Both the position numbers and the translations under genes were made by a program. Of a stretch of 64,000 nucleotides of DNA, positions 20,657 through 30,698 are shown in pieces. The stretch's first letter is position 1. Each line of letters opens with the position of its first letter. Source of the DNA: an uncultured Acidobacteriaceae bacterium (GTDB lineage: Bacteria > Acidobacteriota > Terriglobia > Terriglobales > Acidobacteriaceae); assembly GCA_963794365.1 (NCBI GenBank), contig CAWCDV010000018.1, forward strand, positions 20,374 through 84,373, read 5' to 3'. A model generated the notes under the pieces. The model did not search any database, had not been told where the DNA came from, and saw only the letters and a list, made by a program, of their open reading frames with translations.

Positions 20657-21635
20657 GCGCCCACCCCTTTCCGGTCTTCGTCTTCTTCTTTCCTGTCTTC
20701 TTCTTTCGGCCTGGCGTGGGCCGCAGTTTCTGGATGTAATATTCCTCCAGCGAACTGCGCACCGGCGTCAGCGAAATCAGTTTGAGGCCGTCGCGCCGCA
20801 GCACTTCCAATGCCGCCTCCTGCTGCTCTTCCGGCAATACCGCGTTCACCATGTCGCCGCTGAGACGCGCCTCGGCCCCGAGGCTGGTCAATCCCGCCGG
20901 CACTCTTTGTGCCTGTGCGTAAAAAATAATCTCGATTTTGCCTCCCGTCTGCGCAGTCAATTCCGCTACCGCCCCCACCCCGCGCAGCTCACCCTGATGG
21001 ATAATGCCCACCCGGTCGCAAAGCGCTTCCGCATCGGAGAGAATGTGCGTCGAAAAGAAAACCGTTTTGCCTTCCGACCGCAGTTGCTGGATCATATCCC
21101 GGACCTCGCGCCGCCCCATCGGGTCCAGTCCCGACATCGGCTCATCCAGAAACACCAGCTTCGGATCGTGCAGGATCGCCTGCGCCAGCCCCACCCGCTG
21201 CAACATGCCCTTCGAAAACTTCCGCAACTGCATCCCCGCCGAATCGCTCAATCCCACCCGCGTCAGCATCTGCTCCACCCGCGCCGCGCGCCCTTTTGCC
21301 GGAACTCCAGAAAGCTGCCCATAATAGTTGAGCAGTTCTCTGGCGGTGAGATGGTCGTAGAAATAGGGCTGCTCGGGCAGAAATCCAATCTGCGATTTCA
21401 CCCGCGGATCGTCCATATCCGACCCCAGAATCCGCGCGCTTCCAGCCGTCGGGAATACCAGCCCCATCAGGAGTTTGAGGGTGGTGGTCTTGCCCGCGCC
21501 ATTGGGACCGAGGAAGCCGAACACCTCTCCCTCTTCGATGGTCAGGCGGAGCGGACGCAGCGCCAGTTTCGGCCGCTTGCGCCAGAATCCAACGAGGTAG
21601 CTTTTTTCCAGGTCGAGAATCTCAATCGCAGCCAT
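20650..21635 (-). CDS. ABC transporter ATP-binding protein; 3' end not resolved
   Basis: N-terminal 310 aa of ORF 19170..21635. Motifs: [15 protein letters not shown] (Walker A), [15 protein letters not shown] (signature) and [12 protein letters not shown] (Walker B), followed by a lysine-rich tail [15 protein letters not shown]. The frame has no stop and reads on across the permease, so an indel probably removed the stop. Confidence 0.8.
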
Positions 21636-21828
21636 GGCTATGCGCGCAATGCCAAGCCCCTTGCGTGAAATTTGATATGGAATCTAATTCTTAATTCTTT
21701 GTTCCAATGAAGAGAATTATAAGCAATGCCGGCGCGATTGGGGATGTCTGGCTGTCCTGGGCGATTACGAAGGTAAACTACTCGCTGCCACCAAGGCTGG
21801 CACTCAAAATCTGCCGCCGCCCTCGGTG

Positions 21829-22311
21829 CTACTGTTGCTCACTGATCGTGCCATCGCAGGTCGTGATTGCCGTCTGGCTGACGCGTATTAACGCGTCTTC
21901 GAAGGAGCAGAAGGAGTGCACGCCCGTCAGGTTCGAATTTACCGGCGATGCGATGAATTGATAGGAGGACGCCGGAGCGCCGCTTACGCCCTGCAGAACG
22001 AACTTATAGCCGCTCTTGGTGCCCGATTGCAGAACCGAATCGATCAAGCAAGCGCTACTCGATGTGGGTGCAGTGCTTCCGGAGCAGTCGCCCGCCAGAG
22101 CGGTCAGGGTGGCCGCAAAGCCCACCGTCGCATAGGTGGTGTTGTATGAAATCTGTGCTGTGTTCAGTGTGCGAAGCGCCCCCACTGCGGCTGACTCATT
22201 CGCCGCCATGCGCGAATTCAGAAAACTGGGTACCCCAATCGCCGCAATGATGAGAATGATGGCCACTACAATCAACAGTTCAATGAGAGAAAATCCTTTG
22301 GCCCTTCGCAT
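21829..22311 (-). CDS. pilA: Type IV pilin (prepilin with N-terminal methylation motif)
   Basis: 160 aa. MRRAKGFSLIELLIVVAIILIIAAIGVPSFL is a class III signal peptide with G|FSLIE. The C-terminal part has a Cys pair (SFCS ... TTCDG). Confidence 0.9.
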   Translation of the reverse strand: MRRAKGFSLIELLIVVAIILIIAAIGVPSFLNSRMAANESAAVGALRTLNTAQISYNTTYATVGFAATLTALAGDCSGSTAPTSSSACLIDSVLQSGTKSGYKFVLQGVSGAPASSYQFIASPVNSNLTGVHSFCSFEDALIRVSQTAITTCDGTISEQQ

Positions 22312-22364
22312 CGCATCTCCCTGATCCCGGATAAGCGCAACCGATCAAGTTCCAATGAAACGGT

Positions 22365-22379
22365 TGCATTTTTCATGCC
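22365..22379 (-). promoter_or_regulatory. Sigma-54 type -24/-12 promoter candidate for pilin 1
   Basis: The minus strand reads cGGCATgaaaaATGCAa, with GG and GC spaced as in TGGCAC-N5-TTGCA. It lies about 55 nt upstream of the ATG at 22311. Confidence 0.5.
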
Positions 22380-22555
22380 GGACTTGGTCTAACCGCACGA
22401 ACCGTAAGTCCTTGGGAATGCGATGCAATTCGCAGCCCCGCTCCCTTGTTCGCCGCTTTCGTCATTCCCTTGCATGGGAAATGACATTTTGTGTCAGTGG
22501 ATTTGTGGCCCTGGGAACGAGTAATCATTTAAGACGCACACCAGAAAACGCCCCA

Positions 22556-22585
22556 CAATAAAAAAGCAGAGGATTTCTCCTCTGC
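22556..22585 (-). terminator. Rho-independent terminator after pilin 2
   Basis: The minus strand reads GCAGAGGAgaaaTCCTCTGC followed by TTTTTTATT. It lies 48 nt downstream of the pilin 2 stop at 22633. Confidence 0.75.
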
Positions 22586-22632
22586 TTCTTTCCGGCTTGT
22601 ACCCTCCCCCAGGTACTTTGCCAAATCCAAAC

Positions 22633-23115
22633 TTACTGCAGCGGGGTTTCGGTTCCGGCGCAGGTGGTGGCTGTGATGCTGGTAACGCGCACCACAGCAT
22701 CCGCGACCGAGCAGAAGCCGCGCACGCCCGTAGTGTTCGGAGCCACCGGGATTGCCCAACGCCAGATAGCTGCCGGACGTTCCCGCGGCAGTGAAGTTAT
22801 AGCCGCTCTTGGTGCCCGACGCCAGCTGGCCGAATCGATCAAGCAGGCTGAACCCGTAGTGGGGGATGTTGGGCAGGCCTGGCTGACCCCGCCGGGACCC
22901 AGATTAACCAATAGGGGCGCAAAGCCCACCGTCGGGTAGCTGGAGTTGTATGAAATCATGGCCGTGTTGATGGTGCGAAGCGATGCCACTGCGGACGACT
23001 CATTCGCCGCAATACGCGCGCGCAGAAGGTTCGGGATAGCAATCGCGGCGATGATCAAGATGATCGCGACCACGATCAGCAGTTCGATCAGTGAGAAGCC
23101 CTTTTGTTTCCGCAT
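22633..23115 (-). pseudogene. Type IV pilin paralogue; ORF length preserved, but about 31 internal codons are out of frame (two compensating slips)
   Basis: MRKQKGFSLIELLIVVAIILIIAAIAIPNLL is intact. The listed ORF reads LIDSASWRRAPRAAITSLPRERPAAIWRWAIP. The +1 frame of the same DNA reads GQLASGTKSGYNFTAAGTSGSYLALGNP, which aligns with pilin 1 (LIDSVLQSGTKSGYKFVLQGVSG...). Confidence 0.8.
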
Positions 23116-23169
23116 TTAAATTTTCTCCGTTTGACTGTTTGGTTGGATGACCAACTCGTTCGTACTATC

Positions 23170-23184
23170 GCACTCTGAGGGCCA
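23170..23184 (-). promoter_or_regulatory. Sigma-54 type promoter candidate for pilin 2
   Basis: The minus strand reads cTGGCCCtcagaGTGCGa with GG-N10-GC spacing, about 55 nt upstream of the ATG at 23115. Confidence 0.4.
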
Positions 23185-23473
23185 GAGGGCCAGGTGACGG
23201 AAGTTAGATGTCCTTCTGGACGAAACTTCAGTGTTTTCAGTGGCCTTCTGCGGGGTAGTCACCTTCTCAGTCACTCTTCGATTCCCTCCAGTATGACACT
23301 TTCAGAGATTCAGATTGACAAATTTTGCCAGTCGTCCCTCGCTCCATCTTCACCGGTAAGCCTCCGTCAGATGCCGCAACTCCCATTCTGAGAACGCTCG
23401 CCGCGGCTTTTTTTGCGTCAGCTTTCGCTTGCACTTTTCCGATGGCCTGGCAGCCTGTGGTGCAAGTCTATTC

Positions 23474-23620
23474 CGTATCAGGGCATCGCTTTAGCGATGC
23501 CGCAAGTTCTTCGAAATCAAACGCCCCTTTTAGGGGCTGGCATCGAAATCGGCTCTTTCAGCGGCCTGTAAAGCCGTCCCTTTCCGCAGCCATTTGAAAC
23601 CGAGCTTTATTTCCCGGAGA
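23474..23620. repeat. REP-like hairpin cluster, family A copy
   Basis: gtatcagggcatcgctttagcgatgccgcaagttcttcgaaatcaaacgccccttttaggggctggcatcgaaatcgg...taaagccg is colinear with 7078-7200. Confidence 0.8.
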
Positions 23621-25509
23621 GGAGCGACTCCGCTTGTTTTCTGCGCCTTCGGGAAGATCCGGCGAGAACGCGCCACGCGCTCGGAAATCGCGTTGGCCTC
23701 GTCCGCGTGTCCCTCCTGCTGCAACGCCTGCGCCAGCAGCAAGTACCCAACATCGGTGGGCTGACCGCCGCATGGCGCGCGAGTACTGGCGAATGGCCTC
23801 GGGCAGGTCGCCATTGTCCTGGGCGATCAAGCCGAGTCCGATCATTGCCAGGCCGCGGCTGGGTGCCAACTGCAGCGCCGTTTCGAAACACTGCTTCGCC
23901 TTCATCGAATCCCCCATTTGGCGATAGACAAACCCAGACTGTTGAAGGCTGTAGCGCGCATGCCCGCGTCGGCCGCGTCAGAGGCCACCATCTGATAGCG
24001 CTCGATGGCCGCTGGCAGATTGCCGCGGCCGTCCTCATAGGCGCCAAGATTCAGGTTGGCGGTCAGACCATAGGGACGGATGGCGAGCGCGGCGCGGAAG
24101 TGCGCGGCTGCCTCTTCGGTCCTGCCCTGGCTGAGCAGAAAGTCTCCCAAGTGTAGTCTGTGCCACGTAATTGTCCTGGGTCAGCGCCAGCGTGCGCAGC
24201 CAGAATGACTCAGTATCATGCCAGTAGCCAACCTGACGGTAGGTGAGGGTCCCCAGCACCAGCAGCCAAGAAACAGCGGGAATGGCAAGCCATCGGCGCC
24301 GAAGTCGATGAGCTTGGGCCCAGTCGGCAGCCAGCCAGGTCAACATCAGAAACAAGCCAATGAACGGGATGTAGGCGTAGCGATCCGCCATCGCCTGAGA
24401 GCCCACCTGCACCAGTCCAATCATCGGGCACAAAGCTGCCAAGGAACCAGAACCATCCGACCGCGAGATACCGTTGCTCGCGCGCGCAGAGGACCAAGGC
24501 AGTGACGAGCAGCAGCAGGAGCGGCCGCCGCGCCACTTGCCATGCAGGATAGAGTGTCTAGGGTGCGGATACAGCGCCACCAGCTTCGATGGCCAGAGCG
24601 CCTTCCCCAGATAGCGCACATACGAGATCACCGCGGTCTCCAACCGCAAGAGCAGGCTGTACTGGGAAAGAGTCTGGATGGCGCCTCCGGCCTTCTGAGC
24701 CTTCATCGTCACCACCGCGCTCGCTGCGGAGAGCAGCAGGAGCGGCAATTTTTCCAGCACCAGCCATCCGCTCGACAATCTGGGCACGTTCGCGCCTGCT
24801 CGGGCCGGCCACAGCCGGAGCGCCAATCCGGCCCAGCGGCCAGTAGTCCCACAGCCAGAGCAGAAATGGAAACGTAATCACCTGCGGCTTCGCAGAGCAG
24901 TGCCAGCGCAAAGACGAAAGCCACAGCGGCGTATCGGCGAAGCCCCGGTTTGCGCGCGTACGAGCATAGGCATACAGCGCGAGCAGAAAAAACATCATGC
25001 TCAAAACGTTCTTCCGCTCCGCCGCCCAAGCCACCGACTCGACGTTTATCGGATGCAGCGCAAACAGGGCGGCGACCATCAGGCTGCGCCAGCGGAATCC
25101 CGTGGCGCTCTGGAGCAGCAGAAAAAGAAGGACAGCGTTGACCGCGTGCAGCAAGACATTCACGTAGTGGTGCCCGGCAGGATTCAGGCCGAAGAGTCGA
25201 TAGTCGAGAGCGTGGGAAAGCCAGGTCAGGGGATGCCAGTTTCCCTGATTGTAAGTAGTAAAAGCCCATTTCACTGTCGCCCACGTCAAGCCCGCCTTTA
25301 CATGAGGCGTTGGCCGTGATGTATCCATCGTCGTCAAAGTTAAGGAACCCGTTGTGAATTACGGGGTTGTAGACCACCAGCACAACGGCGGTCAACAACA
25401 GACACAACAGCAAGGTGCGTTGCGCCGGCGACTGAAACAGCTTGGAGGAAAGCGGGACTCCCGGTCGTTCGAGGCGTTTCGCCACCGCGGCAGTGGAAGA
25501 CAAACTCAT
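23607..25509 (-). pseudogene. TMTC-like membrane glycosyltransferase with C-terminal TPR repeats; heavily frame-disrupted paralogue of 26056..27915
   Basis: Segments are LLLCLLLTAVVLVVYNPVIHNGFLNFDDDGYI (24709..25509) and GLTWATVKWAFTTYNQGNWHPLTWLSHALDYRLFGLNPAGHHYVNVLLHAVNAVLLFLLL...HPINVESVAWAAERKNVLSMMFFLLALYAY (24558..25337). The membrane core is in 24035..24826 and 24216..24536. TPR units are in 23902..24150, 23558..23917 and 23530..23814. At least 6 slips. Confidence 0.7.
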
Positions 25510-26055
25510 GGATTCAACGATTCACATTCCCGGCACAGGCGTGGCGGAGACGGCAGGCAAGAGGAAGCCCTCGACTCCATTGCCCCATTTGGCGGAACGC
25601 TCGCCTCGGCTCTTCTTGCGCCCGCCGCTTTTCGTCTTCCGACCGCCCGCACTCGCTCATTCGTAAGACTCCCGTAAGACTCCGCGTTCTGCCATATGTC
25701 AAGACGGAATGGCATTTCGCCCACTCTTGACGGGTCATAATCGCGCGGCTTCGCGAGCGAGACCTGTTTTTACTACTAGCGTATCAGCCGCTGAAGGCGT
25801 GCACGAAGAGTGGCCAGCACCCATGAGCACTATAGTAATTGCAAGCGCACTACGATGCTTCAGAACTCTTAACTCAAAACGGGCCGGCATAACCGGCATA
25901 AGATGGAGGAGCTGTTACTTTGGGGTAGTGGCGAGCGATTCAGAGCCGTCGTAGTCAACACAACATCGGGTTAGAATCGTCAGCAGCAGGGGTGGAATAT
26001 TTGTTTTGCGGAAGCGGCCCACCTTCAGCCAACGGAGCCGCCTCCACTTATCGAC

Positions 26056-27915
26056 ATGTCAGCGTCCCGCGAAAATCGCGTCCTCATCTTCTGTCTCCTG
26101 CTGGTAGTTGTCACTCTTGCTTTCTACAATCCCATCGTCCGTAACCAGTTCGTCGATTTCGATGACCTGTCTTATATTCAGAAAAATAACCATGTGCTGG
26201 CTGGTCTGACGTGGGATACCGTGAAGTGGTCGTTCACGACCTTTCGCGACGGTAACTGGCATCCCTTGACTTGGTTGTCGCATGCCTTGGACTGCCAGGT
26301 CTTTCACCTCAATCCTATTGGCCACCATTACACAAATCTCCTGCTCCACGCGGCTAATGCGGTGTTGCTGTTCCTGCTGTTGCAGCGGGCCACGGGATTC
26401 ACCTGGTCCAGTCTGGTGGTGGGTGCTTTGTTTGCCTTGCACCCGGTTAACGTCGAGTCGGTAGCCTGGGCCGCGGAGCGCAAGAATGTGCTCAGCATGT
26501 TGTTCTTCCTGCTCGCCCTCCATGCGTACGACCGGTACGCGCGCACCGGCCGGCGTCATCTTTATCTATTGTTGACCGCTTTCTTTGCGCTCGGTCTGAT
26601 GGCCAAATCGCAGATCGTCACCCTACCTTTTGTGCTGTTGCTTTGGGACTACTGGCCGCTGCAGCGAATGGGTGCAGGACCCGCGGCGGGGGACCTGCCT
26701 GCGTCTCCCACCCCACGCTCGTTCGCCTATCTGGTTTGGGAGAAGTTGCCCCTCTTCGTTCTTGCCGCGGCGGATGCGGTCATCACCGTACTGGCGCAGC
26801 GCGCCGGGGACTCAGTACGGACGCTGGCGGAAGTTCCGATGGCGGTGCGGCTGGAGAACGTCATCGTCTGCTATGTGGCATACATAGGAAAAGCGTTTTG
26901 GCCGTCTCGGCTTGTTCCCCTGTACCCGCGTCCCGAGAATTTGCTTCCTGGCTGGCAGGTGGTGGGAGCGGCGGCGTTTCTGGTTCTGGTATCCGTGCTC
27001 GTGCTGCGCTGGCGTGACCGCCGCTATTTGCCCGTAGGCTGGTTCTGGTTCCTGGGAACTTTAGTTCCGATGATCGGCATTATCACCGTGGGCGAGCAGG
27101 CGATGGCCGACCGGTACGCGTACATCCCTTTTATCGGTTTGTTTATCGCGGCCGTTTGGACCGTACACGATTGGGCTCTGGGCGCGGCGGCCTCCCAGCT
27201 TCGGATCCGTCGTGCGTGGCTCGCCGCTGCCGCCGTTCTCGTATGTTGCGTTCTGGGATGCCTCACCTATCGCCAAGTCGGCTACTGGCGCGACAATGAA
27301 ACCTTGTGGCGCCATACGTTGGGTATTACGGAGCGGAATTACGTAGCGCACAATCATCTCGGGCTCGCTCTAGCCAGGCAGGGCCGGCCTGACGAGGCGA
27401 TCGCCCACTTCCGGGCCGGCAAGGCACTGCACACCTATTCGATCACCCAAATCCTCGCCCTCGGCGATTACGAATTGCAGACCCTGCATCCCCAGGAAGC
27501 GATCGAGGAAGGCAAAGCGGCGCTCGGTGCTTCCGCCGATCCGAAGCAGCAGGCCGCGGCGTGGAGCGAACTTGGCCAAGCTCACCTGCAGTTGCACGAC
27601 TACGATCAGGCCGCGGCGAGCTACCAGAATGCTTTGCGCCTGAATCCGGACGACGGCATGGCGCTGACCGGCCTGGCCGTCCTGGCGCTGCGTCAGGGGC
27701 AGTCCGATGCAGCGGTCGCTCAGCTAGGGCATGCGGTGAAAGTCGATCCCAACGATGTGAATGTGCTTCTCTTCGCGCAAGCTCTGCGCCGGGCCGGTCG
27801 CGCTGCCGAGGCCGACTCCGCTGTGGCGCAAGTGCAGAAGGTTTCCTCGGATCCAGTCCAGGCTCAATTCGCGGCAGGACAATTCCTTTCCTTTGCCGGC
27901 CTGAAGCCATTGTAG
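26056..27915 (+). CDS. TMTC-like (DUF1736-type) membrane glycosyltransferase with C-terminal TPR repeats
   Basis: 619-aa intact ORF. ...FVDFDDLSYIQKNNHV...DGNWHPLTWLSHALDCQVF...HPVNVESVAWAAERKNVLS..., about 11 TM segments, then TPR units (NYVAHNHLGLALARQGRPDEAIAHF ...). Confidence 0.8.
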   Translation: MSASRENRVLIFCLLLVVVTLAFYNPIVRNQFVDFDDLSYIQKNNHVLAGLTWDTVKWSFTTFRDGNWHPLTWLSHALDCQVFHLNPIGHHYTNLLLHAANAVLLFLLLQRATGFTWSSLVVGALFALHPVNVESVAWAAERKNVLSMLFFLLALHAYDRYARTGRRHLYLLLTAFFALGLMAKSQIVTLPFVLLLWDYWPLQRMGAGPAAGDLPASPTPRSFAYLVWEKLPLFVLAAADAVITVLAQRAGDSVRTLAEVPMAVRLENVIVCYVAYIGKAFWPSRLVPLYPRPENLLPGWQVVGAAAFLVLVSVLVLRWRDRRYLPVGWFWFLGTLVPMIGIITVGEQAMADRYAYIPFIGLFIAAVWTVHDWALGAAASQLRIRRAWLAAAAVLVCCVLGCLTYRQVGYWRDNETLWRHTLGITERNYVAHNHLGLALARQGRPDEAIAHFRAGKALHTYSITQILALGDYELQTLHPQEAIEEGKAALGASADPKQQAAAWSELGQAHLQLHDYDQAAASYQNALRLNPDDGMALTGLAVLALRQGQSDAAVAQLGHAVKVDPNDVNVLLFAQALRRAGRAAEADSAVAQVQKVSSDPVQAQFAAGQFLSFAGLKPL

Positions 27916-27920
27916 AAAAG

Positions 27921-28040
27921 CAGCTCTCAGCTCTGAGTTCTCAGCTCTCAGTAAAACCTTCAACGCAAGGGACGCAGAGACGCCGAGTGCGTGGGGAAAA
28001 GATTTTGACTTTACCGAGAGCTGACAGCTAGGCTCTCAGG
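27921..28040. repeat. Mirrored repeat built from the CAGCTCTCAG word, enclosing a CCGAGACGCCGAG-like word
   Basis: cagctctcagctctgagttctcagctctcag ... gcagagacgccgagtgcg ... gagagctgacagctaggctctcag. Confidence 0.7.
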
Positions 28041-29232
28041 TCCGCTTCAGCAGCAAACAAGTGATGTCATCGTGCTGCGGCGTGTTTCCCACGTACCGAT
28101 CCAATTCCGCGAGCAGGCTACGCAGCAGTTCTGCTGGAGCTGACCCCGACTCGCGATCCACCAGTCGCAGCAATGCGGCTTCACCGTATTCCTCGTCCTT
28201 CTGATTGACCGCTTCGACGACCCCATCGGTAAAAATCACCAGCCAGTCGCCCGGCTCAAGGCGAGCCGTTCCCGACTGATAAGGCGCTTCTGCAAGAATC
28301 CCTACCGGAATGCCTCCCACCTCCAACCGCTCCACCAAGCCCGATTTCTTGCGCAAAATGGGAACGTTATGCCCGGCGTTGATATAAACCACGTCTCCGG
28401 TCGCCGCATCCAGTTCGGCGAGAAAAGCGGTGGTGAAGCGATTTCCGCCTGCGCTGTTCGAGCAGGCGTAGCGATTCACGCTGGCCAGCAATTCGGCTAG
28501 CGGTACGCCGCTAGTCGACAACGTACGCAGACTAGCCTGGAAGGTCGCCATCAGCATCGCCGCCGGAATGCTTTTTCCCGCCACGTCCGCCACGACAAAC
28601 AGAATGCGGTCTTCGCTCGGGGGTTGGCTCCCGTCTTCGCTCTGCCCTCCGCTCGACCTTCGGCCCGGCCGCAGGATCACATCGTAGTAATCGCCCGCCA
28701 CGGTGTTTGCCGGACGCGTCGCATAAGCAATCTGGTATCCCGGAATCTGCAGCGGTGCGCCCGGCAACAACCATGCCTGAATATCCTTGGCGATTTCCAG
28801 GTCGCGCTTCATCACTACCCGATCCGCCAGCTCCAGCAGCAGGACGACGAACATCAACAGGCCGCCCCAGAAATGCAAGTCCAGCCCCTGGACCTCGACA
28901 TGTTTGTCGCCGTTGATGTAAGTAAACCCGCCGCCGGGAAAGAACAACAGAATCATCGCCACCAGCAGCAGCACGCGGCGTGCCGGGGTCAGCTTTTCCA
29001 GGATCGCCCAGAACAGCGCCTTCGCCATCTGCCAGGCCCGCTTTAATCTGGACGGCTCCTCCGGCAGTTTGTCCAGCCCCGCAGAGTACAGCCGGTAGCT
29101 CGAGCGCGCGTCTTTTTCAAACTGCGACCAGAGCTGGTTCACAGCCAACCCCTCGCTGACGCGATACCAGAACTGCCGCGCATTGTCCTTGATTCTGTTT
29201 TGTGAGGGAACAGTTGGCTGAGGGGACGTCAT
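28036..29232 (-). CDS. Membrane-anchored PP2C / SpoIIE-family serine phosphatase
   Basis: Within ORF 28036..29526, the likely start is MTSPQPTV at 29232 because the upstream part is REP DNA. Two TM helices are followed by ...AGDYYDVIL...LFVVADVAGKSIPAAMLMA...TTAFLAELD...VIFTDGVVEA. Confidence 0.8.
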   Translation of the reverse strand: MTSPQPTVPSQNRIKDNARQFWYRVSEGLAVNQLWSQFEKDARSSYRLYSAGLDKLPEEPSRLKRAWQMAKALFWAILEKLTPARRVLLLVAMILLFFPGGGFTYINGDKHVEVQGLDLHFWGGLLMFVVLLLELADRVVMKRDLEIAKDIQAWLLPGAPLQIPGYQIAYATRPANTVAGDYYDVILRPGRRSSGGQSEDGSQPPSEDRILFVVADVAGKSIPAAMLMATFQASLRTLSTSGVPLAELLASVNRYACSNSAGGNRFTTAFLAELDAATGDVVYINAGHNVPILRKKSGLVERLEVGGIPVGILAEAPYQSGTARLEPGDWLVIFTDGVVEAVNQKDEEYGEAALLRLVDRESGSAPAELLRSLLAELDRYVGNTPQHDDITCLLLKRT

Positions 29233-29270
29233 GGCAGACGTAACATTATAGGCTGGCGCTGCCTTTGCTT

Positions 29271-29362
29271 GTGGAGCGACGGGCGTCTCGCCCGTCCTCC
29301 CTGAGCGCAGTCGAAGGGTCCAGCAGTTCGGCGGCCGGGCGGGGACGCCCGGCTCTCCAACA
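29271..29362. repeat. REP family B copy carrying an internal insertion related to family C
   Basis: gtggagcgacgggcgtctcgccc [gtcctccctgagcgcagtcgaagggtccagcagttcggc] ggccgggcggggacgcccggctctcca. The bracketed part resembles 42058-42115. Confidence 0.75.
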
Positions 29363-29377
29363 GCGAGTAAAGCCGCC

Positions 29378-30379
29378 TCAAAACAATTCCATCTGCGCGA
29401 CCGCCGTATGCACTCTACGACTACTGCGGGCGTGCTGATCTCCAATTCCGTACTTTCGCCGCAACGCGGCCATCGATTGCGATAGCCGCTGCCCGTACCC
29501 TTTTGGCAGAAATGCTCGATCGGCATAACGCGTCCGGTAAAGCTGCACCAGTTCGGGGAAGTGTTCTTCCAGAAACGGCAGGAACACCGCCGCCGAACAC
29601 GGTTTCAGGAAAAGCGGATTGGCAAAGATATACTTCGCGCCGGCTGCATCGGCGGCTTTGACCAGGGCCTCGAGATCGCGTGGACGGTCCGTGATTTCAG
29701 GCAGCACCGGGGCGCAGATCACACCTGCGTCCACGCCCGCGAGATTGAGTTGGCGAACTGCCTCTAGCCGCAGATCGGGACGCGGCGCCCGCGGCTCCAG
29801 CTTCCGCGCCAGTTCCGCATCCACCGTGGTCACGGTCACATTCACAAAAACCCGGTTGTGCTCGCCCACGCGCCGCAGAATTTCCGCATCGCGCGTCACC
29901 AAGTTCGATTTGGTCACGATTCCGATCTCGAGTCCGGAGTGCAGCGCCAGTTCTTCCAGGATTGCCCGCGTCACCTCAAAACGCCGCTCCGCCGGCTGAT
30001 AGGGATCAGTCGCCGTGCCAATCGCAATCTCCTCTCCACACTTGACCTTTTTTAATTCGGACCGAAGCAATGCCGCCGCTTGCTGCTTGACGAAAATCTT
30101 TCGTTCGAAGTCCACGCCGTCGCGGAGTTCCATGAACTCGTGGGTATAGCGCGCATAGCAATACTTGCAGGCGAACTCGCATCCTCGATAAGGATTGATG
30201 GCCCAGGTAAAGGGAAGATTGCGCCGGCTTACCACCCGATTGAGCAGCGATCGCGTCCCAAGCGTGAAGTACTCGACGTTGTGCCCCTCGCGGAGCGACT
30301 CACCCGCAGCCGCAATCCGCGCGATGCCGACCAACTTCGGCGGGGACTCGAAATCGGGGAGCAGTGGATGGGCGGTCAT
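29378..30379 (-). CDS. Radical SAM protein (COG1533 / SplB-like)
   Basis: Within ORF 29378..30472, the likely start is MTAHPLLPDF at 30379. CxxxCxxC cluster motif: PYRGCEFACKYCYARYTHEF. Confidence 0.75.
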   Translation of the reverse strand: MTAHPLLPDFESPPKLVGIARIAAAGESLREGHNVEYFTLGTRSLLNRVVSRRNLPFTWAINPYRGCEFACKYCYARYTHEFMELRDGVDFERKIFVKQQAAALLRSELKKVKCGEEIAIGTATDPYQPAERRFEVTRAILEELALHSGLEIGIVTKSNLVTRDAEILRRVGEHNRVFVNVTVTTVDAELARKLEPRAPRPDLRLEAVRQLNLAGVDAGVICAPVLPEITDRPRDLEALVKAADAAGAKYIFANPLFLKPCSAAVFLPFLEEHFPELVQLYRTRYADRAFLPKGYGQRLSQSMAALRRKYGIGDQHARSSRRVHTAVAQMELF

Positions 30380-30698
30380 AGGCGCTTGCTGACATTCGCT
30401 ATTTGTTCGCCTACAATAACTCCCGGATCGACTCTTGTCAAATGGGAAGTGGGGTGAGGCAATCGCATTCAATTCTCAGTTAGTGCAGACGCGATTTCAG
30501 CCAACTAAACAGTAAGCCACGGGAAAGCATTCATTCCTGGTATCCACTCTGACCCCAATTCCCGGTAAAACATTCATCACGTTTTCGCTGTGAGCAAACT
30601 CACTGACCGGAAAGCAAGTTTTCCCCGATACTGGCGGCGCCAGCGGGATGCGTCAAGACAGGCCGACGTCCCATTGCCCGACAAGGAGGAGGGGGAAA

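Noticed and set aside
19170-21635. 821-aa ORF taken as a single protein
   Set aside because: It is chimeric. The first 310 aa are an ABC ATPase and the last 225 aa are the N-terminus of the TPR membrane protein. The middle is an out-of-frame read across the ABC-2 permease gene (19844..20656) and has junk composition.
29233-29526. N-terminal 98-aa extension of the PP2C phosphatase ORF
   Set aside because: The extension is encoded by the family B REP element and the 3' end of the radical SAM gene. A better start (MTSPQPTV) lies at 29232.
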